Shown here: piece by piece, positions 23,497-24,000 of the stretch | How positions within the stretch are numbered: position 1 is the stretch's first letter | Layout of the letters: each line of letters starts with the position of its first letter | Assembly: GCA_902767315.1 (NCBI GenBank) | Contig: CACXHB010000112.1 | Span: 1,496-25,495, forward strand | Length of the DNA: 24,000 nucleotides | Reading direction: 5' to 3' | Source of the DNA: an uncultured Eubacteriales bacterium | GTDB taxonomy: Bacteria > Bacillota > Clostridia > Christensenellales > Aristaeellaceae | Position numbers and translations under genes: made by a program | The notes under the pieces: generated by a model | What the model saw: only the letters and a program-made list of their open reading frames with translations | Databases searched by the model: none | What the model was told of the DNA's origin: nothing

Positions 23497-24000
23497 TCAC
23501 CGTTCCAGATTTCTCGCCAGCTGCCGGAGCACTTCCGCCAGATCTTCCGCCCGTCCCTCCGGGAAATACACCCGCACTCCATGGGCCTGCTCCGCCGCCA
23601 GGTGCAAATTCCGGGCCCAATCCGCCCGCCGCCGGGCCTCCTCCCGGGAAACCGGCGGCCAGTGCGCCGCCAGAAGGCGCCCCGCCCTGCGGCATAATAA
23701 CACCCCGCACCCCTGGGAGCGATCGTTCATGGCCAGACAGACCATCTCCTCCGCCGAATCCCTGGCCAGATCCGCCTCTTCCAGAATCGCCTCCATCTGC
23801 CGCCGGCTGACCAGCGTCGATTCCAGCATGCCCGGGTAATACTCCTCCGCCTCCGCCACCCGGAATCGCTCCATCGCCTTTCCCTCCGTCAACGCCCGGC
23901 AGGTACTCCGGTAAAGGGCCGGAAATTGAATCCCCCGACCCGATACCGTCAGAAACACCGCATACCCCGTCTCCCCCCGGGCAGGCATCTTCTGCTTCAT
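23497..24000 (-). CDS. Hypothetical protein; the ORF begins with an ATG exactly at the window edge, so the true N-terminus may lie outside the window
   Basis: Track ORF of 167 aa with GC3-rich codon usage like its neighbours. I recognise no motif. An internal candidate start is MERFRVAEAEEYYPGML. Confidence 0.4.
   Translation of the reverse strand: MKQKMPARGETGYAVFLTVSGRGIQFPALYRSTCRALTEGKAMERFRVAEAEEYYPGMLESTLVSRRQMEAILEEADLARDSAEEMVCLAMNDRSQGCGVLLCRRAGRLLAAHWPPVSREEARRRADWARNLHLAAEQAHGVRVYFPEGRAEDLAEVLRQLARNLER

Noticed and set aside
1-24000. Scan for CRISPR arrays, tRNA/rRNA genes, integrases, transposases, toxin-antitoxin pairs or recognisable defence-system genes.
   Set aside because: I found no regularly spaced direct repeats, no tRNA cloverleaf candidates in the few intergenic regions, and no ORF with recombinase, nuclease or defence signatures. 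RecQ here has the standard housekeeping architecture.

Overview
GC-rich, almost fully coding chromosomal segment. GGAGG-type ribosome-binding sites, T-box leaders and ATGA-coupled operons suggest a high-GC Clostridia (Oscillospirales-like) anaerobe; the taxon is inference only. I call 20 CDS, 18 of them on the minus strand.

Left part (1-8.1 kb), housekeeping or accessory genes:
- a GH2 glycosidase cut by the window edge
- a ProX/YbaK-type aminoacyl-tRNA deacylase
- a minus-strand run: recQ, acyl-CoA thioesterase, cytoplasmic GH5, secreted transglutaminase-like protein, secreted unknown protein

Centre (8.2-19.6 kb), the notable part: two consecutive minus-strand transcription units, each with a near-consensus sigma-70 promoter and a canonical T-box leader (UGGUACCGCGGG box, antiterminator/terminator alternative, U-run).
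- Unit 2 (upstream) is a single gene: an XRE-HTH + cupin domain fused to a medium-chain-type acyl-CoA synthetase.
- Unit 1 has eight tightly packed genes: P-loop NTPase, 2x[4Fe-4S] ferredoxin, 2-oxoacid:ferredoxin oxidoreductase alpha/beta/gamma, branched-chain aminotransferase, an isopropylmalate-synthase homologue with a degenerate active site but an intact LeuA regulatory domain, and a xylose-isomerase-like TIM barrel fused to a second acyl-CoA synthetase.
- Together these read as an amino-acid-starvation-induced module for making branched-chain amino acids from branched short-chain fatty acids: acyl-CoA synthetase, then reductive carboxylation by the oxidoreductase, then transamination. 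Several components have unusual, uncharacterised architectures.

Right part (19.7-24 kb): an orphan family-5 ABC substrate-binding protein divergent from an AraC regulator, a GNAT acetyltransferase behind a long structured leader, and a hypothetical ORF touching the window edge.

I saw no rRNA, tRNA, CRISPR array, transposase or integrase. All homology statements rest on motifs read by eye, not on searches.
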